Below, one piece after another: positions 25,868-35,495 of a DNA stretch of 64,000 nucleotides. The stretch is from Alphaproteobacteria bacterium (lineage in GTDB: Bacteria > Pseudomonadota > Alphaproteobacteria > Micavibrionales > Micavibrionaceae), in the NCBI GenBank assembly GCA_041397885.1, contig JAWKVV010000002.1, forward strand, positions 48,804 through 112,803, given 5' to 3'. Each line of letters begins with the position of its first letter. Positions within the stretch are counted from its first letter, which is position 1. The notes beneath the pieces were generated by a model. That model did no database searches and was not told where the DNA came from. It was given only the letters and a program-made list of their open reading frames with translations. Made by a program: the position numbers and the translations under genes.

Positions 25868-26854
25868 TTAGACAAAGGCGGTAACTGTATCGAGAATATA
25901 TGGCGCCGCATCACTGACTTTTAAGCCATAGTTGGTGATACCAAGCGTGTTTTGAACTGCGGTAATAAATCCGCCGAGGTTTACAGCAATCGCGCCGCCA
26001 ATAATATGCGTAAATCCTGCCATGGCAGAGGCTTGCGAATTCCCTTCGGCAACCCCTCGCATGATAAAAAACCCACGAATGAAACTAATCCATCCTAAGA
26101 TAGCAACAAAGGACATGATGGCGCCGATAACCGCTTCGGAATGTCCAATTGCTGTATTGCTCATCCCTGCTTTATAGACCAGTGTAGCATTATTTGTAGC
26201 ATTACCGCCAAACATAGATGTAACAAACGCAGCCATAACTCTTGTTTGTGATAACATGACGCCGCCGACCAAAAAGGTCATGATTGTGCCAAATCCTAAG
26301 GGACCGCGGGCACCTTCTTGTTCGGTTTTGAGAAGTCTGGAAATCCCGATCAATATCAAGATAATTCCTGCCAAATATCCAAAAGCAATAAATAAATATT
26401 GTAAAGGACGCCATATATCCTGCATCAAGGAGACAAGCGAGGCATCGAGACCTGTACCAGAAACACCACCTGTATTGAAGTTAGAACCTGCAATGCGGAT
26501 CAAACCTCTGGAAATGGTGTTATCAATCGCATGATAAACTGATGGAAAGGCGAAGAGCGCTCCCCCCGCCATAAATCTTTTGACGGGGTCCCACAAAGAA
26601 ACGCTATTGGGATTCTCAACATGTTCTTTAAGCTTCATAATTCCCATGATGCCAAAAAAGATGGCCATCAAGTAAGAAAAACCAATAATAACACCAGGAA
26701 CATCGGCTGACCCATTAACCAAATTCATAATAGTGGTGCCCAGAGTTTGCTGCGCAGCTGCTTCTTTTGTAAAAACAAAGCTAGCGAGCGCCAAGAGCAA
26801 AGCAGGAAAAATCTGCTTTTGTCTATTGATTAAGCTATAAATTTTGCTTTTCAT
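25868..26854 (-). CDS. DotE/DotP/DotV-like polytopic membrane protein (second copy, extended)
   Basis: The N-terminal ~110 aa (QQTLGTTIMNLVNGSADVPGVIIGFSYLMAIFFGIMGIMKLKEHVENPNSVSL...FMAGGALFAFPSVYHAIDN) parallels 19776-20168. About 200 more aa of TM helices follow. I chose the ATG at 26854, which gives a signal-like N-terminus. Confidence 0.5.
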   Translation of the reverse strand: MKSKIYSLINRQKQIFPALLLALASFVFTKEAAAQQTLGTTIMNLVNGSADVPGVIIGFSYLMAIFFGIMGIMKLKEHVENPNSVSLWDPVKRFMAGGALFAFPSVYHAIDNTISRGLIRIAGSNFNTGGVSGTGLDASLVSLMQDIWRPLQYLFIAFGYLAGIILILIGISRLLKTEQEGARGPLGFGTIMTFLVGGVMLSQTRVMAAFVTSMFGGNATNNATLVYKAGMSNTAIGHSEAVIGAIMSFVAILGWISFIRGFFIMRGVAEGNSQASAMAGFTHIIGGAIAVNLGGFITAVQNTLGITNYGLKVSDAAPYILDTVTAFV

Positions 26855-27012
26855 GTTCTCTAAACCCCTGAAATCTTGCCTTATTTTCATTGTAACACAA
26901 GCTAAATGCGGAATAAAAATTTCCGCTATATTAAGATTACCCTTATTCCGTATCATAATACAAAATAAGGGTTAATATTTATTTAAAAACAAGAGGTTAG
27001 TTGAATGTTCCG

Positions 27013-27633
27013 TTAGGAAACAGGCGCATCAATTTTAACAGGTAAATCCGCAGCAATTGGTTCGTCATCCAACATTTCTATCATCCCGCTTGGCTGGACG
27101 GAGAAATTGGCAATAAACAGCGCATTGGAATAATACACAACGGCATCGCACAGCCAGTTTCCAGAGGTATCTTTGCCCTCAAAAGTGGCAGGCCGCACCG
27201 TTCCTTCAATAACCATACGGGTCTTGTCATCCAATTGTTTGGGAACATAGGTATCTTCCATGCTTTCGGCAATCAGGAAGGGACCTTCCTCTCCACGGAC
27301 AAAGAAGCAGAAAAACCGCAAGTAATCCAGAACGTTATCATCGGTAATTTTGATCGGAGCTTTGGCATTGACCTCATGAATAGGAGGGGATGTCCCATTG
27401 AGCCAGTATAAATTACCCTGATCTGTCAGATAATAAATGAACAGGTTTTTAGGTGTCCAGGCGGGGTCTTTGACACGGATCAGGGCAACTTGATCATAAA
27501 ATGGCAAAGGACGCCACTCCACCATGGTCGTAGTGGGAGTAACGCTGTATTTATCGCCAATGGGGTTAATTTGTTCCAAAAAGCCTGCAAGTTCTTCGCC
27601 TTGAACGGGATTCCACTTATCATCCATATACAT
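27013..27633 (-). CDS. Hypothetical protein (206 aa)
   Basis: Long ORF with ordinary composition. No motif recognised. Confidence 0.5.
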   Translation of the reverse strand: MYMDDKWNPVQGEELAGFLEQINPIGDKYSVTPTTTMVEWRPLPFYDQVALIRVKDPAWTPKNLFIYYLTDQGNLYWLNGTSPPIHEVNAKAPIKITDDNVLDYLRFFCFFVRGEEGPFLIAESMEDTYVPKQLDDKTRMVIEGTVRPATFEGKDTSGNWLCDAVVYYSNALFIANFSVQPSGMIEMLDDEPIAADLPVKIDAPVS

Positions 27634-27821
27634 GATATTTGCCTTTAACTTTCTAAAAATAACCCTAAATAACTGATATTGAGGGTAAATGCTTCCTTAT
27701 AATGACATTTTAACCTTAAATCGCAAGTATTAATAACAAGTAAAATTGACAGAATTGATTTTGATCTGTATAAAACGCCCAGAATTAAGAATTTATAGCA
27801 TTTAGAAGAGCGGAGAGCCCT

Positions 27822-27956
27822 ATGAAACGTACATTTCAACCCAGTAAACTAGTTCGCGCCCGTCGCCATGGTTTTCGTGCCCGTATGGCAACAAAAAACG
27901 GTCGTCGTGTCATTAATGCCCGTCGTGCCAAAGGTCGTGCACGTCTTAGCGCATAA
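27822..27956 (+). CDS. rpmH: 50S ribosomal protein L34
   Basis: Not in the ORF track (44 aa). Translates to [53 protein letters not shown]. Directly upstream of rnpA. Confidence 0.95.
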   Translation: MKRTFQPSKLVRARRHGFRARMATKNGRRVINARRAKGRARLSA

Positions 27957-27994
27957 ATCTTGAGTAGCGCTCCAGGCTGATATAGCTTGGGATT

Positions 27995-28384
27995 ATGGTT
28001 GCAAGAAAAGAAGAAATAAAATTGTTAGGCCGCTTGAAAAAGCGGTCTGATTTTTTATGTGTTCAGCAACAGGGGCAGAAATGGATATCCAAAGGTATTG
28101 TTATTGAAATATGCCCCAACCAAGAGTTAGGTTTTCGTTATGGTCTGACGGTTAGTAAAAAGGTCAGCAAATTGGCTGTCATGCGTAACCGCATTAAACG
28201 TCGGCTTCGGGCCGTTGCTCATGAGGTTCTCCCTGCTTATGCCAAACAGAATTTGGATGTTGTTCTAATTGGGCGTCAGGGCAGTGATGAAAGACCCTTT
28301 GAAGACTTAAAGAACGATTTGATCTGGTGTCTAAAGAAACTAGGAATTGATAAAAATGAAATTTCTTCTGATCAATCTGGTTAA
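27995..28384 (+). CDS. rnpA: Ribonuclease P protein component
   Basis: RLKKRSDFLCVQQQG...RNRIKRRLR pattern. Canonical rpmH-rnpA-yidD-yidC context. Confidence 0.85.
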   Translation: MVARKEEIKLLGRLKKRSDFLCVQQQGQKWISKGIVIEICPNQELGFRYGLTVSKKVSKLAVMRNRIKRRLRAVAHEVLPAYAKQNLDVVLIGRQGSDERPFEDLKNDLIWCLKKLGIDKNEISSDQSG

Positions 28385-28622
28385 GACCTATCGTTTCTTG
28401 CTTTCCCCGCTCACTGGACAAAATTGTCGTTTTCATCCGACATGTTCGGCGTACATGATAGAGGCCATTGAAATTCACGGCGTTATAAAGGGGCTGATGT
28501 TAGGCATTATTCGCATATTTAAATGCCACCCCTATTATAAAGGCGATATGATTGACCCCGTTCCCTTCCCAGCAAAGCATTTGAAGTCTAAGGATTGCGC
28601 CTCACACGATGATCGGTTATAA
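28356..28622 (+). CDS. yidD: Membrane protein insertion efficiency factor YidD
   Basis: YRFLLSPLTGQNCRFHPTCSAYMIEAIEIHG is the YidD signature. The start is uncertain (28347 or 28356). Overlaps the rnpA 3' end. Confidence 0.85.
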   Translation: MKFLLINLVKTYRFLLSPLTGQNCRFHPTCSAYMIEAIEIHGVIKGLMLGIIRIFKCHPYYKGDMIDPVPFPAKHLKSKDCASHDDRL

Positions 28623-28649
28623 ACGCCCCAACAAAAAATAGGATTTTCG

Positions 28650-30566
28650 ATGCAGCAAAAAGACAAAATGCACCCTCAGGATATGCGTAATCTGATTATA
28701 TTCGGAATATTATCGATCATTTTGTGGATGTCTTATGATCATTTTATTTTGAAACCCAGAATGGATCAAATGCGTGCGGCGCAGGCTGTTCAGCAACAAG
28801 CTGCAATCACAGCGCAAAAACAAAGTGGTATGGTTGTTGAAACAGAACAGCCCCGTGAAGACATTCTCGTGCAAACCAAATCATCCCGAATTCATATCAC
28901 CAATGATTTTGTAAAAGGGTCCTTTAACTTGGTAGGGGCACGCCTGGATGACTTATTATTAATTGAACATTTTAAAACAATTGACCGTACAGAAAATGCT
29001 GTTGTTCTGTCACCTGCGGGATCAAAACATCCAAAATATATTGAACAAGGTTGGGTCAGTGCTGATAAGAACATCAAAACACCTGATAATAAATCGGTTT
29101 GGCGTCTGGTGGCAGGGGATAAGCTCGCCGCTGATCATCCCATTACGCTTGAATGGAATAATGGCGCAGGTTTGCGATTTGAAAGAGTAATTTCCCTGAA
29201 TAAAGACTATGGTTTTAAAATTATTCAGCGGGTTATCAATAATACGGGACAAAGTGTTACTTTGTTTCCTTATGCTCTTGTGGCGCAGCGCGGCATTCCT
29301 GAAGAGTTTTTAGGCCGTTATATTGTCCATGAAGGACCTATTGGTTACTTTGGGGATGAATTGTATGAAGCCACTTACGGCAAGATGGCGAAAGAACCTT
29401 TAACAGAAAAAACAGATTCTAAAGGGTGGGTTGCTTTAACATCAAAAGATTGGTTAACCGCGCTTGTTCCTGCTCAAGGGACTGATACCAAGTTTCGCAT
29501 TTCTTATACAAAAGGAGCAACTGAAAAGATTAAAGATCTTTATCAGGCTGATTTAACGGGGTCTGCTATGACTGCTCCTGCAGGAGGGATGGTTGAAAAC
29601 GAAATTCATATTTTTGCGGGAGAGAAAAAATTAAATCTGCTCGAAAAATATGAAGATCAATGGAATATCCCACATTTTGATTTGGCCGTTGATTTTGGAA
29701 TTTTTTACTTTTTAACCAAACCTATTTTCTGGATTTTGAATTTCTTCTATGGATTTGTCGGAAATTTTGGTGTGGCCATCATTATGCTCACGGTTTTACT
29801 GCGGATCATGGTGTTTCCTTTGGCGAATACGTCTTTTAAGTCTTTTGCAAAAATGCGCACAATCGGTCCGCAAATGGGTGAATTACGTGAAAAATACAAA
29901 GATGATAGAGAAAAACTGCAACAAGAACTTGTGAAGCTTTACCAAAAGGAAAAAGTAAATCCAATGGCAGGGTGTTTGCCTATTTTGATTCAAATTCCTA
30001 TTTTCTTTTCTCTTTTCAAAGTTCTTTCCAACACGATTGAGATGCGCCATGCTCCGTTTTTCGGGTGGATTCAAGATTTATCTGCACCTGATCCAACAAC
30101 GGTTTTTAATTTATTCGGGCTGATTCCATGGACACCGCCTGCTATGTTGATGATTGGGGCGTGGCCTTGTTTTATGCTGATTACCATGATTATTCAGCGA
30201 AAATTGTCACCGCCACCAACAGATAAATTACAGGCAGATATGATTAGATTATTGCCATGGGTTTCAACTTTCATTTTGGCAAAATTTGCGGCAGGTTTGG
30301 TTATTTATTGGACGTTCAACAACCTGTTTTCTGCCATTCAGCAATATATCATTATGACTCGTATGGGTGTGGAGGTTGATTTGATAGGTAATATTTTAGG
30401 TCGCAAAAAAGAACCAACTCCTATTGAAGGCGTTCATGTTGAGGCCGCTCTTGTCGAAGAAGAAATTGAGGATGCTTTAGGTTTAGAACATGCTCATCTC
30501 GCAGAAGCGAATAAAGACAAAAAAATATCTAAACCAAGACCAAAGAAATCTAAGAAAAAGAAATAG
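28650..30566 (+). CDS. yidC: Membrane protein insertase YidC
   Basis: 638 aa: N-terminal TM, large periplasmic domain, and a C-terminal 60-kDa insertase core (NPMAGCLPILIQIPIFFSLF...). Lys-rich tail. Confidence 0.9.
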   Translation: MQQKDKMHPQDMRNLIIFGILSIILWMSYDHFILKPRMDQMRAAQAVQQQAAITAQKQSGMVVETEQPREDILVQTKSSRIHITNDFVKGSFNLVGARLDDLLLIEHFKTIDRTENAVVLSPAGSKHPKYIEQGWVSADKNIKTPDNKSVWRLVAGDKLAADHPITLEWNNGAGLRFERVISLNKDYGFKIIQRVINNTGQSVTLFPYALVAQRGIPEEFLGRYIVHEGPIGYFGDELYEATYGKMAKEPLTEKTDSKGWVALTSKDWLTALVPAQGTDTKFRISYTKGATEKIKDLYQADLTGSAMTAPAGGMVENEIHIFAGEKKLNLLEKYEDQWNIPHFDLAVDFGIFYFLTKPIFWILNFFYGFVGNFGVAIIMLTVLLRIMVFPLANTSFKSFAKMRTIGPQMGELREKYKDDREKLQQELVKLYQKEKVNPMAGCLPILIQIPIFFSLFKVLSNTIEMRHAPFFGWIQDLSAPDPTTVFNLFGLIPWTPPAMLMIGAWPCFMLITMIIQRKLSPPPTDKLQADMIRLLPWVSTFILAKFAAGLVIYWTFNNLFSAIQQYIIMTRMGVEVDLIGNILGRKKEPTPIEGVHVEAALVEEEIEDALGLEHAHLAEANKDKKISKPRPKKSKKKK

Positions 30567-30576
30567 TCACGAAGCG

Positions 30577-31215
30577 ATGAGTGATGATCAAAAATTTTCT
30601 GAAGAAGAATTAGAAGAAGCCCGTCTTCTTTTTGCGGGGCCTTGTGACTTTGTTTTGGGTGTTGCAAATCTTGAACAGCTTCCTGCATCAGATAGAAATG
30701 AAGTGGCCTTTGCGGGGCGTTCTAATGTTGGTAAATCTTCTCTTATCAATGCCCTTACAGGACGTAATTCATTGGCGCGAACCTCCAATACACCAGGCCG
30801 TACGCAAGAGTTAAATTTTTTTGATTTAGGCGGCGTTCTTTATATGGTGGATATGCCTGGATATGGCTATGCCAAAGTTTCTAAAAAACAGCGAGATCAA
30901 TGGAACGCACTGATATTTGATTATTTGCGAGGGCGTCCCAATTTACGCTGCGTTTTTATTTTAATAGATGGTCGCCATGGTTTGAAAGAAACCGATGAAG
31001 AATTGATGAAAATGCTTGATGATGCCGCTGTTTCTTATCAAATTATTTTAACGAAATGTGATAAATCCAGAAAAGCAGAAATGCAGAAGATTGAAGAAGG
31101 GTTACGCGCCTGTCTTAAAAAACACCCCGCGGCCCATCCTGAATTCATTCATACAAGTTCAATTAAAAATGAAGGCATTGCCGAATGTCGCGCAACAATT
31201 ACTGCGCTGCGATAA
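30577..31215 (+). CDS. yihA: Ribosome-biogenesis GTPase YihA/EngB
   Basis: G1 motif GRSNVGKSSLINAL, G3 DMPGYG, G4 TKCDK. I chose the ATG at 30577, just after the yidC stop. Confidence 0.85.
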   Translation: MSDDQKFSEEELEEARLLFAGPCDFVLGVANLEQLPASDRNEVAFAGRSNVGKSSLINALTGRNSLARTSNTPGRTQELNFFDLGGVLYMVDMPGYGYAKVSKKQRDQWNALIFDYLRGRPNLRCVFILIDGRHGLKETDEELMKMLDDAAVSYQIILTKCDKSRKAEMQKIEEGLRACLKKHPAAHPEFIHTSSIKNEGIAECRATITALR

Positions 31216-31870
31216 TACTGTAAAAACTGTAATTATCGTTTGCATCATTTTCAACGCAAAGCGTTGCATAGCCATTACAGGCAGCGCATTCTGTTGTATC
31301 AAAATCCGTTGTTCCTGTTGAAAGAAAATAATCGGCGTGTGGATTAGCGGTAATAGGAATGGCGGTTGATCCCGTGATCTTTCTATTAATTTCTTCACAA
31401 ACCTCTTTTTTAATGAAGTAGGCTGTTATAATCACATCATTTGCTGTTGTGGGAGTCCATTGAACATTGATGTTGTTGTTAATGTCCCAGACAGCGGCAG
31501 GACTATTTTGGATGGCTTCATTAAATTTTTGTTGGTAATTCAGCCCTCCTCCTTGAGGGTGAAAAAGCTTATAAATATGGGGCGCAGTATTAAATCCAGC
31601 CTCTGTAGGCTTGACGAAGTCTAGATCACCTATCTCAGCGCCTGTTGAAAGCATCATATCAAGGGCCTGCTGTGTGCTAGAGATATATTCAATCAATTCA
31701 TTGGCATAAACCTTTGCAACTTCTTCACTTAAATCCTGATTGTCGGCCTGATTATTTTGTTTGGTGAGCGTTAAGGTCAAAAATCCGAATAGAGCAAGCG
31801 CGATCAAGATATAAATCATCGCATTTCCTGCGTTTTTGCAGCTTTTATCAGAGGTTATATTTTTTTTCAT
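31199..31870 (-). CDS. Hypothetical N-terminally anchored protein (223 aa)
   Basis: Single N-terminal hydrophobic helix AMIYILIALALFGFLTLTL with pairs of Cys near the C-terminus. No family recognised. Confidence 0.5.
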   Translation of the reverse strand: MKKNITSDKSCKNAGNAMIYILIALALFGFLTLTLTKQNNQADNQDLSEEVAKVYANELIEYISSTQQALDMMLSTGAEIGDLDFVKPTEAGFNTAPHIYKLFHPQGGGLNYQQKFNEAIQNSPAAVWDINNNINVQWTPTTANDVIITAYFIKKEVCEEINRKITGSTAIPITANPHADYFLSTGTTDFDTTECAACNGYATLCVENDANDNYSFYSIIAAQ

Positions 31871-31893
31871 TAAAATCGCCTTAAACGTTGTAA

Positions 31894-33168
31894 GTGGCCA
31901 TGTTCTTGGTCTATTCTCAGTTCATTATGAATTATACCATAGATTTGACCAAATTAAATTTGGGATCCTCTACTCTTGATCCTTTGTCCCTGATATTGGG
32001 AGCCGTTATCGGGCTGTTACTCGGTCTGCTGCTTTATTTATGGCGTGTCGGCAGTTTAAAGGCACAAAAGCAGGGTTGGAAGTCTGCCTTGAATCAGAGC
32101 GTGCAGGATTGGACGAACATTTTAAAGCGTTGGCAAATGCAACCCTGCAGTCAAATTCAGAGAGTTTTTTAACCATTGCGCAAGAAAAATTAAAATCTGC
32201 CCAAAATGATAACGCGCATGAACTTGAAAAGAAAACACAAGCGATTGCGGCGATGGTTGAACCTGTTCAAAAACATCTTCTTCAACTCAATGGTGTGGTA
32301 GAGCAGTTAAGCGGACGGACAAAGCCATTCGTGAAGATATTCAGAATTTATCGCGGAAACTGCAAAGCTGACAGGGGCTCCTAAAAATTCTGCGGCGCAG
32401 GGAAAATGGGTGAATTTGTGCTCGAACGTCTTTTGGATAAGGCCAACCTCATGAAGGGTGTTCATTATGACACACAAGTATCCATGAATGTTGAGGAGGA
32501 AGACTGCGTCCTGACGCAGTTATTTACTTGCGGTGACTTGATTTAACATTGTTGTAGATGCGAAAGCGCCCATCACTGAATTTATCAATCGTCTTGATCA
32601 AAATATGGGGGATCAGGATTATAATGAATTTCGTCAAGGCCTTGCCAGAGCTGTGCGCTCTCATGTTAAATTGTTGGGGGGTAAATCTTATTGGGAACAG
32701 TTAAACAGTCCTGATTTTGTTGTTTTATTCTTGCCTTCAGAAAATATTTTTTCAACAGCACTATCGGCAGATCCCGACCTTGTTGATTTCGCCGCGGATA
32801 ATAATGTTGTGATTGCCTCTCCTACGCTCATGATGTCGCTTTTGCGGGTTGTAGGGTTGAGCTGGCGGCAGGTGGCTATGGCTAAAAACGCGCAGGAAAT
32901 TTCTAAATTGGGGAGTGAACTTTTTGACCGTGTCAGCGCCTTTGCAGGCCATCTCGGAAAAGTTGGCGGCGGAATCAATTCAGCGTTATCGGCCTATAAC
33001 AAGGCTATAGGCAGTCTGGAAACACGCGTGTTGGTAAGCGCCCGAAAATTAAAAGATTTGCATGCCACAGATAAAGAGATAGAAACACCTACTTTATTAG
33101 AAGGAACATCTCGTCCTATCACGATGGTGGAAGAAGATGATGACAAGGATACATCGCGCTATGCCTAA
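31894..33168 (+). pseudogene. rmuC: DNA recombination protein RmuC, disrupted by multiple frameshifts
   Basis: RmuC-like segments occur in all three frames: the N-terminal TM, LESERAGLDEHFKALANATLQSNSESFL, EDIQNLS, ETAKLTGAPKNSAAQGKW, GEFVLERLLDKANL, RPDAVIYL, NIVVDAKAPITEF, and an intact C-terminal 187 aa (32605-33168). Confidence 0.75.
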
Positions 33169-33759
33169 TGATGAGTATGAAATTATAAAAGTCCCAGATC
33201 CCGTTTTGAAAGAAACGGCGCATATTGTTGAAGAAATTAATTCCGATATAAAAACCCAAATCAGTAAAATGATTAATACAATGTATGGGGGGCAGGAATT
33301 GGTCTGGCGGCCAATCAGGTAGCAAAACTGAACCGTATTTTCGTGATGGATGTTCCTCAAGGGGCATGGGTACATGGCCCTGTGATTGATGGTATTCAAA
33401 CAATTGAAGCAGGGTATAAAAGCGGTCAGCGTCAAGAAGAAATAGTAAAAAACCCGCGCGCACTCATTAATCCTGAAGTTATTTGGTCTTCGGAACAAAA
33501 ATCAGTTTATGAAGAGGGATGTCTTTCCATTCCTCAACAATATGGTGAAGTGATCCGCCCTGCACAAGTGCGCGTGAAATTTCAAGATGTACACGGCATA
33601 ACCCATGAAGAAGAATTTGATGGCCTTGATTCTCATTGTGTTCAGCATGAAATAGATCATTTAGATGGCGTATTATTTATTGATTATTTATCTAGTCTTA
33701 AACGCAATATGATTTTAAGGAAGATGAAAAAACTTCAAAAAGATACACAAGTGCTGTAA
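33161..33759 (+). pseudogene. def: Peptide deformylase interrupted by one frameshift in a G6 run (or a sequencing error)
   Basis: The N-terminal part (MPNDEYEIIKVPDPVLKE...MINTMYGG) is in one frame. AGIGLAANQ, EGCLSIP and HEIDHLDG (motifs 1-3) follow in the next frame. The switch is at GGGGGG 33287-33292. Confidence 0.7.
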
Positions 33760-33765
33760 CAAAAA

Positions 33766-34704
33766 ATGACTAAACCGCTTCGCATTGCTTTTATGGGAAC
33801 GCCAGATTTTGCTGTGAAAGCATTAGAGGTTCTAATAGCTTCAAATCATGAAGTCGTTTGTGTTTATTCGCAGCCCCCCCGTCCCAAAGGCCGCGGGCAA
33901 AAACTTCAATCTTCTCCTGTTCATCAATGCGCTGAAAAAGCGGGAATTGAGGTGCGTACACCGTTGAATTTCAAAAATTCTGAAGATATTGAAAATTTTG
34001 AAAATCTTCATCTTGATGTTGCTATTGTTGCGGCCTATGGCCTTATTTTGCCGCAAAAAATTTTAGATGCACCGCAATATGGCTGCATCAATATTCATGC
34101 TTCTCTTTTACCGCGTTGGCGGGGAGCTGCGCCTATTCAACGGTCTATCTGGGCGGGAGATACCCAAACAGGTATAACGCTCATGCAAATGGATGTAGGG
34201 CTCGATACAGGAGATATGATTGCCGTTGAAAAAACGCCCATTACGCCTGACACAACATGCCTTGAACTGCATGATAGTTTATCTCATCTCGGGGCGCAGA
34301 TGATTATACCTTGTCTCAATCAATTAGCTGAACACGGGGTGCTTGAAAAAACACCGCAGCCTGAAACAGGAATGACATATGCGAAAATGCTTTCAAAACA
34401 GGACGGGCATATTGATTGGACGCAAAGCGCTAAAGAGATTGATCGTCAAGTGCGCGCTCTTAACCCGTGGCCAGGAACATGGTGTTTTAATCAAAATCAA
34501 AAACGTCTAAAAATTTTAGAAGTTGAAATTGATAACTACAAAACTGAGTTAAAATCAGGAACTATTTTTGAAAATGGTTTGATTTCTTGTGGAAACAGAA
34601 CAGTCTTAAAACTTAAAATGATTCAACCTGAAAATAAAACATCAATGGATATTCAAACGGCGATGAATGGTAATCATATTAAATTGGGTGACATTTTTTC
34701 ATGA
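33766..34704 (+). CDS. fmt: Methionyl-tRNA formyltransferase
   Basis: RIAFMGTPDFAV..., HASLLPRWRGAAPIQR, and def-fmt synteny. Confidence 0.9.
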   Translation: MTKPLRIAFMGTPDFAVKALEVLIASNHEVVCVYSQPPRPKGRGQKLQSSPVHQCAEKAGIEVRTPLNFKNSEDIENFENLHLDVAIVAAYGLILPQKILDAPQYGCINIHASLLPRWRGAAPIQRSIWAGDTQTGITLMQMDVGLDTGDMIAVEKTPITPDTTCLELHDSLSHLGAQMIIPCLNQLAEHGVLEKTPQPETGMTYAKMLSKQDGHIDWTQSAKEIDRQVRALNPWPGTWCFNQNQKRLKILEVEIDNYKTELKSGTIFENGLISCGNRTVLKLKMIQPENKTSMDIQTAMNGNHIKLGDIFS

Positions 34705-35477
34705 CACGCTGGAAATTAACAATAGAATATGATGGAGCGCCTTACGCAGGCTTTCAAATTCAGCCAGATCAACCGACTGTACAAGGCATTATTGAAGCGG
34801 CAATTAAAGCATTTTGTCAGCAAGATATTCAAATTTTTGTAGCAGGCCGTACAGATGCAGGCGTTCATGCCAAGGGTCAAGTTGTTCACTTTGATTTGGA
34901 TTATAAATATGCAGATGGAAGTGCGCGCCCTTTAACGGCTTATGATTTGGCAAAGGCGTTGAATGCGCATTTGTTGCCTCAACCCGTTGTTGTTGTTCAT
35001 GCGGAAGAAGTTTCCGATAGTTTTCAGGCACGTTTTGATGCAAAAAATAAACTTTATACATATCGGATAATTAATCGCCCCCATCGTTTGGCTTTGGATG
35101 AAGGCCGTGCTTGGTGGCGTAAAGGTCCTCTTGATATTGATGCCATGCGACAGGCTTCAAAAATTTTTGTGGGAGAGCATGACTTCACAACATTTCGTGA
35201 TACGGAATGTCAGGCAAAATCTCCCGTGCGGACGATTAATTCTTTTGAAATCGAAACCATTGATATTTTTGGCGGAAAGGAAATTTTGTTCCATGTTCAG
35301 GCCATGTCTTTTCTTCATCACCAGATGCGCAATATGGTTGGAACGCTTGCCCTTGTTGGTGAAGGTAAATGGTCCGTACAGGATGTGCAAAAAGCGTTAG
35401 ACGCAAAAGATCGTACCGCTGGCGGCCCCACGGCACCGCCTGATGGTCTCTATTTGGTCAGAATAGATTACGAATAA
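34701..35477 (+). CDS. truA: tRNA pseudouridine(38-40) synthase TruA
   Basis: W.LTIEYDGAPYAGFQIQ and AGRTDAGVHA (catalytic Asp motif). 4-nt overlap with fmt. Confidence 0.9.
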   Translation: MTRWKLTIEYDGAPYAGFQIQPDQPTVQGIIEAAIKAFCQQDIQIFVAGRTDAGVHAKGQVVHFDLDYKYADGSARPLTAYDLAKALNAHLLPQPVVVVHAEEVSDSFQARFDAKNKLYTYRIINRPHRLALDEGRAWWRKGPLDIDAMRQASKIFVGEHDFTTFRDTECQAKSPVRTINSFEIETIDIFGGKEILFHVQAMSFLHHQMRNMVGTLALVGEGKWSVQDVQKALDAKDRTAGGPTAPPDGLYLVRIDYE

Positions 35478-35495
35478 AATCCCAAACCAGATATC

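Noticed and set aside
26885-27012. Hairpin cccttatt-16 nt-aataaggg as the terminator of the 27013-27633 gene.
   Set aside because: The stem is AT-rich with a large loop and no following T-run on the relevant strand. The support is too weak for a feature call.
31199-31870. Possible type IV pilin or pseudopilin, because of the N-terminal hydrophobic helix after ...KNAGN.
   Set aside because: There is no canonical G/(F,M)xxxE prepilin cleavage motif: no Glu at +5, and Asn-Ala-Met after the Gly. No pilus assembly genes are adjacent. I left it as hypothetical.
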